Source: Octopus sinensis (lineage: Eukaryota). From it: DNA of 64,000 nt. A program made the translations under genes and the position numbers. The notes below the pieces were generated by a model. The model saw only the letters and a list, made by a program, of their open reading frames with translations. It ran no database searches and was not told where the DNA came from. Below are positions 39,819 through 51,490 of this stretch, piece after piece. Each line of letters begins with the position of its first letter. Position 1 is the stretch's first letter. Location of the stretch: the NCBI RefSeq assembly GCF_006345805.1, contig NC_043018.1, positions 21,080,001 to 21,144,000 on the forward strand, written 5' to 3'.

Positions 39819-40977
39819 TGTGTGTGTGTTTTGTTTTTGGTTTTCGTGTAGATCATTATTTTATGTACATCTGGAAGTGTTGTGTGTTGCAGTTGAAAAT
39901 TTGCTTTTGTCTCCTTTTTTTTTTAGTCGTTAATATTTTGTAGGATTAACATGTTGATGCAGATCTTTTGTGCTAATTTACTGTTTTGCGTACTGACAAT
40001 GTGCATAAGGTGTTCTCTATTGCAAGAGCATGGGAAGCTGAAGTTTTATCAGTAGAGATTATTCTAGACATAGGCATGTAAATCACTTTGGTTACATTTT
40101 TTCATATTCACTTATGTTATTGTTTGTAAAAAAAATTATTCAAATGTATTGCTTATTATATTTCATGCTTATATTTAATTGAAATTAGAGGCTTTCATTT
40201 TTAGTTTGTTTGCAGTTTATAATGGTTTTTATGGTTTATTCACCTTGTGTGTCCTCTTCACCATCTCTCTCTCTCTCTCTCATACTTTCACCTCATTTAA
40301 CACTATGCGCACTCAGTTAAAGGGTTTTGTCTTACTTATACTTGATGGCCTCGTTAGTGCTGGTGTCACAAAAAAAAAAAAAGAAAAGAAAAAAAGCATC
40401 CCATACACTTTGTAATTAGTGTGATTAGTGTTAGCATGACCTTCGATGCCCTTGCTAAAGCAGACCTTGGAGGAGCTTGGTGCAGTTGGTTCTGGTCAGA
40501 CTGCCCAACCCACACCAGCATTAAATGATGGTGGTGATATCAGTTTTAACACATTGTTAGATAGTGTTTGATTTTATGTATAAAAACTCTGGCTGAAGCA
40601 TTGTGGTCGGGGTATTCATTTATGATCTTGTATGTGATCAAGTTAGTTTTTGTATGTCTGTAATCATAGAAATCACTTCATTACAATTATTTTATTTTTT
40701 TTTTGTTAAAGGAAGCTTTTGAATTTGTCAGCAGTATTTTGATACATTTTCAAAGTGAATTATTAAAAAATATTGGGTGTGGGAGTGGCTGTGTGGTAAG
40801 TAGCTTGCTTACAGACCACATGGTTCCGGGTTCAGTCCTACTGCATGGCACCTTAGGCAAGTGTCTTCTACTATAGCCTCTGGCCGACCAAAGCCTTATG
40901 AGTGGATTTGGTAGACGGAAACTGTAAAAGAAGCCCGTCGTATGTATGTATCTATGTATGTATATATATATATATGT

Positions 40978-41019
<42 letters not shown>

Positions 41020-42795
41020 ATGTTTTTGTCTGTGTTTCTCCCCCCAACGTCGCTTGACAACCGATGCTGGTGTGTTTACATCCCTGTAACTTAGTGGTTC
41101 GGCAAAAAGAGTCCTATAGAATAAGTCCTGGGGTCAATTTGCTCGATTAAAGGCGGTGCTCCAGCATGGCCGCAGTCAAATGACTGAAACAAGTAAAAGA
41201 GTTATATTCTTGTACAAGTTCTTTGTCTTTACTAATATGTGGTTGCAAGCATGATTACACATTTTAGAAAAGAATCTTGTGCTCCTAATTGTTCCCTCTG
41301 TGTAAGCTAGTAATGCATTAATTAATTAGAATGGGATCCTTTTTTTAAAAAAAGTTAGGTGCCTGTGTAGGCACAGGCATGGCTATGCAATCAAGAAGCT
41401 TCCTGTCTAGCTAAGAGAAAATATTACCTTGCTTCCAGTCTTCTGTGAAAAACATGTCTGCTCGTGGGGAATAAGTTGATTACATCGAAATCAAATTCGA
41501 TGACTGGCATCCGTGCTAGTGGCGCGCTAAGAGCACCATCCAAGCGTGATCGTTGCCTACATTGCCTTACTGGCACTTGTGCTGGTGGCACGTGAAAAAA
41601 CATTCGAGTAAGGTCATTGCCAGTGCCACTGGACTGATTCCTGTGCAGGTGGCACATAAAAAGCAAACATTTGAGCATGGCCGTTGCCAGTACCGCCTGA
41701 CTGGCCCTCGTGTTGGCGGCACGTAAAAGCACCCACTACACTCTCGGAGTGGTTGGTGTTAGGAAGGACATCCAGCTGTAGAAACTCTGCCAGATGAGAA
41801 TCGAGCCTGGTGCAGCCATCTGGTTCACCAGACCTCAGTCAAATCGTCCAACCCACGCTAGTATGGAAAGCGGACGTTAAATGATGATGATGATGAGGGT
41901 TGGCTACAGGAAGGACATCCAGCGATAGAGAATCTGCTTCAACAAATTTCCTCAGACCCATGTAAACTTGGAAAAATGTATGTTAAATGATAACAAAAGG
42001 AAAAAACAATAGCATTAAACAACATATAAATTTTTAATCATTTGTGTTATGTGTTGGGTCAGCCCATAAATAATGTGGGTCATTTTTACTCTTATTTTTC
42101 GAAATTATTTTAATAAGAATCGTTAGGACAGCGGACAGAATGTTGGGCAGCATTTCTTCTGGCTTTAAGGTTCTGAGTTCACATCCTGCTGAGTTTGATT
42201 TTACTTTTCATCCTTTCAGGGTCAATAAAATAAGCACCAGTCAGGTAGTGGGGTTGATGTAATCAACTATTTCTCCACTCACCCCCAAATCAAAATTTCA
42301 GGCCTTCTACTTGTACTATAGAAAGAACCTTATGCCAAGATAACAGATCAAGGTATTGATACCTAATTGAAAGACGACTTGATTTCAGCTGTTGTGGAAA
42401 TGAAGTGATTTAAAATGATGCAGAATCACAAATGACTATTTTCTGCACACATACCTTGTTCTTCTATTAGATAAGACTGAAACAGTAGGGAAGCCCAATT
42501 ATGTGTGTGTATGTTTACATTTTGTGCTGTGCATGAGAAAGTGCTGAGCTACACACACCAAAGGTTAACATTACTCCTTGACAAAATTGTCCACCAGTTT
42601 TAAAAGGCAAGTAGAATGAAAAAAGTAAAACTTAAGGAATGAATGGTGTGTGTATGTAACGTGTATTTTTATATAAATGCTGTACAAATATTAAATATGT
42701 AACACACTTCTAAAATGTGTTTACAAAACATGTTTATATAATGGAAAATGTTTTTTGTATATGTTTGTGTGTATGTATACATACACACTCATAAA

Positions 42796-42835
<40 letters not shown>

Positions 42836-45800
42836 TCATCATCATTTAGCGTCCGCTTTCCATGCTAGCATGGGTTGGACGGTTCAACTGGGGTCTGGGA
42901 AGCCAGAAGGCTGCATCAGGCCCAGTCTGATCTGGCAGTGTTTCTACGGCTGGATGCCCTTCCTAATGCCAACCACTCCATGAGTGTAGTGGGTGCTTTT
43001 TATGTGCCACCCACACAGGTGCCAGACGGAGCTGGCAAACAGCCATGGTCGGATGGTGCTTTTACGTGCCACCGGCACGGAGTATAATATATATATATAT
43101 ATGTAGGTCTGCCTATATGTATGCTAGCATATTCTCTCCATATACTAGCATATTTTGCCTCTGAACTGGCCTAGACATATTTATTCTTTTATTCTGTTAC
43201 ACGTTTCAATCATTTGACTGCAGCTATGATGGAGCATTGCCTTACGCCTTTAGTATTTAAACCGGCCATATCTAGCCAAAATATTTAATCTGTTTTATGT
43301 TCAAACTGACCAGATCAGGCTTTCACACCTACCCTACAATGTTATTCTACATTAAGTAATTACCCATCAAGGTCTTGAAGATATGAGATAATGCATGATT
43401 AATTCAAATCAATGGGAATCAATAGGCATTATGTTTGATTGAATAATCTGAACACTAAAGGGTTAAAGGCTTCTTTAGTTGAACAAATTGACTCCAGGAC
43501 TTATTCTTTGTAAGCCTAGTACTTATCCTATGGGTCTCTTTTGCCAAACTGCTAAGTTACGGGGACATAAACACTGACATTGGTTGTCAAGCAATGGTGG
43601 GAGCAGGGACAAACACACACACACACGCATGCACACAAGATGGGCTTCTTTCAGTTTCTGTCTTCCTAATTCACTCACAAGGCTTTGGTTGGCCCGAGGC
43701 TTTAGTAGAAGGCACTTGCCCAAGGTGTCATGCAGTGGGACTGAATCCAGAACCATATGGTTGGTAAGCAAGCTTCTTGCTACACAGCCAGATCTTTTCT
43801 GTAATGCTGCAAATAATATTACACACACACGAGACAAAGAAAGAGAGCTAGAAAGGGACTGTGTGTGTGTGTGTGGTTGACTTCCAGCTTTTCCTTTTGT
43901 CTGTTTATATTTGCTTTTGAACGATCAAGCTCTTGCTCAAAAAAGGTAATGGGAAGGTTATCACATCTGACAGATTATCTATATGTCTTTGGCTCGATGA
44001 CAATATTACAATTATCTACATATCTCATATTAGAAGCAGTTGCTGTCTTTAAATGTTTCCTCTCATTTCTCATAAGTTTATTGATAGCAAACAAACAATA
44101 TCCAAGTGCATTGAAAAACAAAGCAACACTTCTTCACTGTTGCAGTGTTTTAGCTAATTATTTTTTAATTAGGTTTTCTAATTGTTTTGAGCCTTAACCA
44201 TTGTACTTCACTCAAAGCATGGAAGACACTTATTAGTCATTCAAAATACACAAAGACTTCTAACTTCATATAAACATTCTATCATTAGGTGTGGAACTGT
44301 TCATCATACCGTTTGGGACCTAGTCACTGACCCAGTCCTACTGCAGTGGATGTGTGTCAGTGACCAGGTTGCAGGTGGTGTGGTGCACTGAAAATATTAG
44401 CATGAACTAATAAAGGTTTAAGCAAAGTTAAGTGTCTGTGTTTTTGAATTTCTAATATGTGTCTCTTATGCAGTAATTGTTTAACACTTGGCCTCGGATC
44501 AAAATATTTGCCTGGTTAGTTCATCTCTGGTATACTTCTGTTTGGATAGATTATGAATTAAATTTTTGCTTTTAAAAATATTTTGTGTTAGTAATGTTAT
44601 GGATATTTATTTTTTCATCATTGGCTTTTTAAATTTCTGTTCTAAATGATGAGATATGCAGTGTTTTCTCTCTAAGTATTAGAAATAATATAGATATTTG
44701 CTTAAGTCACTCATATCTGCTGTCACATGAAATAAATTAAATTAGATTAAATTCCCTATAAATAAAGTAAAATTGGATTTGAAATGAAATCATGCATTTC
44801 CCACCCCTACTCCTCTTGTAGCTATAAATTGAAGAATAAAGGAAATAGATTTCAATTCTTTTATTACATAAAAAAAAGTAGTCAATAAATTTACAATTAC
44901 AATTATTGGTTTAATTATTCATTTGGAAATTGTCACCTATAAACTATCTGATTAAACTGCTACCTTTCTGCCTTTTTATTCTAGGCAATGAAAATAGTTG
45001 TTTGGTTTCTCACTGTTAACCCTTTAGCATATAAATTGGCCGTGTCCAGCCCAAATATCCTATCAGCTTCATGTTCATTCTGGTCAGATGCAGTCTCTCA
45101 CTCCTACTCTGCAATTTCATTCTAAAAATAAACAGTCGCACCATCGAAAGTTCAAGCTGGGAAATAATACATGAATAATTGGAAACAATGTGAATAAATA
45201 AGCATTACATTTGACAGAATAATCTGAATGCTGAAGGGTTAAAGGATTAATAGATTGTAGCAGAATGTTCTCATTTCTACAGAGAAAATTTTTAAAAGAC
45301 CCAACTTACTGTTCAAGTTTTTTAGCTTTGCTCTCCTCACTTCTTATCATGTTGGAGGAGTTGCAGTATCTCTACACTTGCTGCTATGTTTGACGGTCCT
45401 CATAGACTGATGTTGACACTATTGATATTTGGTTTGAGTTTCTCTGTGAAGGCCTGAGCATGGAGTTCCGGAGAACTGCATTTCTAGGTAGGAATAGTAA
45501 AGTGATTATTTAACCAGGGTTTGGTCGGTTGGTTGGGAATGAGAGAAATAGGCATGGTGTGTGAAGAGAGGAACCAGTATATTGGTTCAGTTTGGCTTGC
45601 AGTGATTAGCTAGTAGTACTCTGATGTGAATCTGTGAAAGTTTAGTCTATTCTGAATTACAGGTCTTTGATTAAAGAAATTGTTGCTTTACCAATTTGAA
45701 AAATGCTTGTGGGTTTCTATTCTGAATAAAAACCACTTCTGTGGTGAAGCAATTTTTTGGATATAAACTATGCCTATGGCATGATGGCCAGGTAAAGAGA

Positions 45801-48800
45801 CCTGAACATAAATATGAACACACACATGCACATGTATATATGTATGGATGTATGTATGTATGATGGACTTCTTTTGATTTCCATCTACGAGATCCTTTCA
45901 CAAGGCTTTGGTCGTCCTCGGATTATAGTAGAAGACCTTGTAGTAGAAGTTCCTCCATAATAGTACTGAACTAAAAACTATGTTGTTCTGAAGCAAGCTT
46001 CTTAAACGTGGTTTTGGGTTCGGTTCGACTGCACATCATCTTGGACAAATGTCTTCTACTATAGCTTTGGGCCGACCAAGGCCTCGTGAGCAAATTTGAT
46101 AGATGAACACTCAAGGAAACCTGTTGTGTGTGTGTGTGTGTGTGTGTGTTTGTGTTGGATCTCTTTTGTTTTCTTCCAACCACTTGAAGATTTTTTTTTT
46201 TCAATTCTCAATGGATTATTTCTAAATATTTTCCACACAGATGTAGTTTTGCATGCTGATGATGAATATCGCATTCATTTTGGCTTAAAACACACAATTT
46301 TAAATGCTTCTATCTTTTTTATTATAAATTCTCTGAAATAATGAATGTGACGCTCGTCATTAGCATGCAAAACTGTATCAAAAGTATGTTTTCTGAAAAT
46401 TTTCAGATGAAAATTTGTGGTTGGAAGAAAACAAAGATCTTTTGTGTTTGCTCTTGCCTTGACATTATATGATGGGTCATACAAGCTATGTTTGTTTCTA
46501 GACTTCTGTGAAAAACTTGTCTAGCAATGAGGAAATATGAACTGGTTTGAAAACAGGTGAGGGTTAGTGAAAGGAAAAGCATCAGGCTATAGAAAATCTG
46601 CCTTAATTCCATCTGACCCATGCAAGCGTGGAAAAGTGGACATTAAAAAACAACGATGATGATGAAGCTTATTATTATGGAGGCAGAGAACTAAAATCTT
46701 TACAGTTTTTGTGTGTCTGTGTATGTATGGGGGGGAGTATGTGGGGGCTGGTACTTGTCATTTTGCGAACTGCTGAGCTAAAGAAGAATTACACACATAG
46801 ATTCAGAAATTAAAAACTTTTTTTTTCTTTGACCATTCCTGTAAAATACAGAATAAAAGAAATCAGACTCATTGATTAAGCAATATCTTAAATTAGGCTA
46901 ATGATTTAAACTACATTTTTATAAGTCTGATTAAAATAAAAAAAAACTTACATTTTCAAAGTGGTTCAAAATCTATAGATTTACACCCCCTCCCCTCCCC
47001 AAACCTTTCAGTATTTTATTTCATTATCTATTGGGTTGAGTGACATCTGGTCATTGCTAGCTATTTTGTATTGCCAATTGTGCTCTGTTCATTACAGATT
47101 TGTGTTGACGTTTGTCGATTGTAGCAGTAATGCTTCCTGCATTATCACTAATGCCAAGTTTTTCTGGAATGGCATCTCAGTTGCCATTCGTTGAGTGCAT
47201 GTTGTAATTCCACCGGAGGTGTTTGCAGCCTACAATCTGCTCATCTCAGCCATGTGCTTTATAGATTTCAATATGAATATGCTTTAAGTTTCATAAAAAA
47301 AAAAAAAAAATTCTTTTTTTGTTTTAATCTTAAATTTCCTCTTTTTATTTCATTTCGTCTTGATAATCTATCTTAAGTTCTTTTATTATATTCTGTGATT
47401 TGCTAATATTAAAGATGTCTTTTTTGTGGTTTTTAAAAATTTATTTGTGTGAAGTAGCTTTTTTTTCTACAGTGTTTATAAATTTGTAATTGCGTTCAAT
47501 ATAGTGATACATCTATGAGACTCTGTTTTGATATTTTACTTAATCTAATATCTATATCTATCTATCTATCTATATATATTAAAAAAAACAAAACAAATAG
47601 ACCATGCTTGCATAAATATATAGATGTATTTGCTTTTCTTATGCTGTTGTGCAAATAGTAACCAAACTCTACGTGCTAAACTTTGATCGGCGGCAACTGT
47701 TATGATGTTAAAACAGAATAATTTCTCTGTTTTACACATTAGATTTGAATCTTGATGGCTAAGAGCTTTTTTTTTTTTGTTTTTATTATTATTCTTATTC
47801 TTTTGTTTTCTATTCCAACATACAAAAAAAAAATGTGTATAATGAAAAAATAAGTGAAAGACATGAGTTGCAGTCTTTCAGCATTTTTTTATTGAATTAA
47901 ATCACTGTTCATGTGATATTTATTAATTTGTAATTTTAGTATACATATCAACAGACCATGAACTGGCTGTCGATATAGTTTTCAGATCTCTCAACTGTTG
48001 TTAATTTAGTAAAGGAAGTGAAGACTATGTATTAATTAGGAAGACAATTATTAAAATTTTACTTGAGATTTTTTTTTCCATAACACATTAAAATGGCATT
48101 TAAAAAAAATTTTTTATTTAAATATATACAACTTCAGAAATAATTTCTTTACCACACAAATGAATCATTTTTTTTTTTCTTTCTTTTCTTTAGAGATTAG
48201 CTTCTGCTCCAATTCCATTCACCGTTCTCTCCATTACTGGCAATCCCTGCAATGAAGATTTCCTTGCTGTGTGTGGAGTAAAAGTAGGTGGCCTTTTTTT
48301 TTTTTTTTTTTTTTTAATATTATTCTAAGTTTACTGTCAGCGCCCTGTATTGAAACTTTCTCTTTTTAAAATATGCTTCTTACCTTTTTTTTTCTTTATA
48401 TTTGTTGTTGAATTTCATTTCTTCTCTTTGTTTTTAGGATTGCCATGTTCTTACATTCACCAGTAATGGCTCTGTCGCTGATCATTTGGTTTTGCACCCA
48501 TCACTTGCTTCAGGAAATTTTATCATCAAGGTAATTTCACATAATCCTTTCTGCTATAGGCACAAGACCTGAAATTTTGAGAGAGGGGAATAATCAATTA
48601 CATCGACCCCAGTGCATATCTGGTACTTATTTTGTCGACCCCGAAAGAATGAAAGGAAAGGCAAAGTCAACCTCTGTGGAATTTGAACTCAGAACATAGT
48701 GCTGGGTGAAATGCTTAGTGATATTTTGCCTGGTGTGCTAACGATTTTGCCAGCTTGCCGCCTTAACCCTATACTGTTCAGATTACTTTATTAAATGCAA

Positions 48801-50707
48801 TGCTTTTTCACTCAAATTGTTTTGCATTAATCATGCATTATCTTGTAGCTTTGAAGTTTCACCACTCACTCTCTCTTTCGCTCTCCCTCTCTCTCTCTCC
48901 CTCTTTCTCTCTCTCTCTTTCACTCTCTCTCTCTTTCGCTCTCTCTCTCTTTCGCTCTCTCTCTCTTTCGCTCTCTCTCTCTTTAGCTCTCTCTCTCTCT
49001 CTTTCACTCTATTTCTCTCTCTCCCTCTCTTTCACTCTCTCCCTCTCTTTCACTCTCTCCCTCTTTCACTCTTTCACTCTCTCTTTCTCTCACTCTCACT
49101 TTCTCTCACTCCCTCTTTCTCTCACTCTCACTTTCTCTCATTCTCTCTTTCCCTCACTCCCTCTCACTCACACATCCTCTCTGCCCTCCTCTCTCTCTCT
49201 TTGCCACTTCTTTGAAGTAAGTGTGACGCACACAACAGGTACATACAAAAACAAAATGTTAGTGTATTAATATTATTGATACCTTAAAAAGGTTATAGCT
49301 AACCCAATGTTATAAACTTTTAATTATATTAAGGAACTGTTGATGATTTGTGTTCTGTTTTATTATATTTCATAGGCTGTGTGGTTACCAGGCTCCCAGA
49401 CTGACTTAGCAATTGTAACAGCAGATTTTGTCAAGGTCTGAAATATTAAAATATTTTTTCATCTTACCATTCCATTTTTCCAACAATTATATATATATTG
49501 GGTTGGCAAGAAAGTAATTTCATTTTATGCAAATAGTTACGATTCTTTTTTTTTTAATAACTTTTGTCAATGTTATGATTTTTTTCCATTTGACATTTGG
49601 TAGCCGTTACTTTTAGCTTACTTTACAAGCAAATTGCGCGTAATTTTGTTTACAGCTGTTAGTTCAGTGTCGGTTTTAACATGGAGTGCAAAAAAGAACA
49701 TTTTCACCTCATTTTGCTTTCTTATTGCAGTAGAGGTAAGAAAGCTGCCGAGGCTCACAAAGATATATATGATGTTTATGGTGTTGATTGCTTAACAGAA
49801 CACACATGTCAGAAATGGTTTTAAAATTTCTGTTCTGGAGATTTTTCACCCAAAGATGACCACTGTTGTGATCGTCCTATTGGAGTTGATGATGACCAAA
49901 TCAAAGCCATAATTGAATCTGATTGTCATATAACTGTGCGAGAGATTACAGAGAGGTTAAATGTATCACACACATTAATTGAAAACCGCTTAAAATGTCT
50001 TGGACTTGTTAAGAAGCTTGATATTTGGGTTCCACATAAATTGGAAGGGATTCACTTATGACAACAAATCAATATTTGCGATATTCATCTCAAACGCAAC
50101 ACTGGTGATGAAAAATGGGTTGTCTACAATAACATCGATTGAAAACGATGATGGTCCAAGCACAAACCACATCAAATGCTGACTTGCATAAAAAAAAAAG
50201 GCCCTGCTGTCAATTTGGTGGGATTACAAAGGTGTTGTGTATTTTGAGCTGCTTCCAAGGAACCAAACAATCAATTCAGATTACAGCTAATGAAACTAGA
50301 GGAAGCAATCAAATAAAAATGACCAGAATTAGCAAATCGTAAAGGAATTGTGTTCCACCAGGACAACACTAGACCATATATGACTTTACTAACTTGTGAA
50401 AAATTATTGGAGTTTGGTTGGGAAGTGATGACCTTGCACCATCTCATTATCATTTATTTCAAAGTTTGCAAAATTCTTTGAATGGTAAAATTTTCAATAA
50501 TGATGATGACCTGAAATCACACTTGCTTCAGTTTTTGGCTGATAAAGACCAGAAGTTCTGTGAGCACAGAATCCTGAAGTTGCCAGAAAAATGGCAAAAG
50601 GTCATTGGACAAAATGGAAAATATATAATTCATTAAAGTTCATTCTTTGTATAAGATAAAAAAGACTTTTATTTAGCACTAAAGAACTGAAAGTACTTTC
50701 TTGCTAG

Positions 50708-50752
<45 letters not shown>

Positions 50753-50966
50753 ATCATGTTGAACAGTTAATCCCTACACATTTCTTTTTTCATTCTCTCT
50801 CAATTTTTTTCCTTTCAGTCCTTTCTGTCAAAGAGCATAGACTCGAAACGTTAAGGACTTTTCTATTCTTCCTGAGCGTCAAACTAATACACCTGCTTCT
50901 TGTTCCCTCACCTGTCTTGTTTTTTGTAAATTTGAACTAATTTGTGTGTGTGTGTGTGTATATATG

Positions 50967-50998
<32 letters not shown>

Positions 50999-51126
50999 GT
51001 AGCACCTTGGTTTTCGAACAACTCTGATCACAAATAAATTGTGCTTTATCTCCTGTCTTTCTCATATTCATTTAATACAGTAGTACTCGGTTTACAAACG
51101 CCTCTGATCACAAATAAATTGTGCTT

Positions 51127-51176
<50 letters not shown>

Positions 51177-51453
51177 CACACATACATCTAAAGCATGGTT
51201 TATTCATGATCAAAGTTGTTTGAAAACCGAGTACTACTGTATATGTATATATATATATATAGGGAGAGTTTACGAAAAAAACAAAAGACGAAGACAGGTG
51301 GTGTACAAAACAAACAGATGTATTAGTATAATGCTCAGGAATAGAAAATGTCTTTTACGTTTCGAGCCTACGCTCTTCTACAGAAAAGGACACAGAAAAA
51401 ACAAGGAGAGAAAAAAATGTGTATAGTGGCTAACGATCTATCATGGCAACTAG

Positions 51454-51490
<37 letters not shown>

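Noticed and set aside
48800-49270. 156-aa and 132-aa Ser/Leu-rich ORFs
   Set aside because: They are translations of the (CT)n tract.
49681-50636. Functional or domesticated mariner transposase
   Set aside because: Multiple stops, frameshifts and deletions, including damage near the catalytic motifs.
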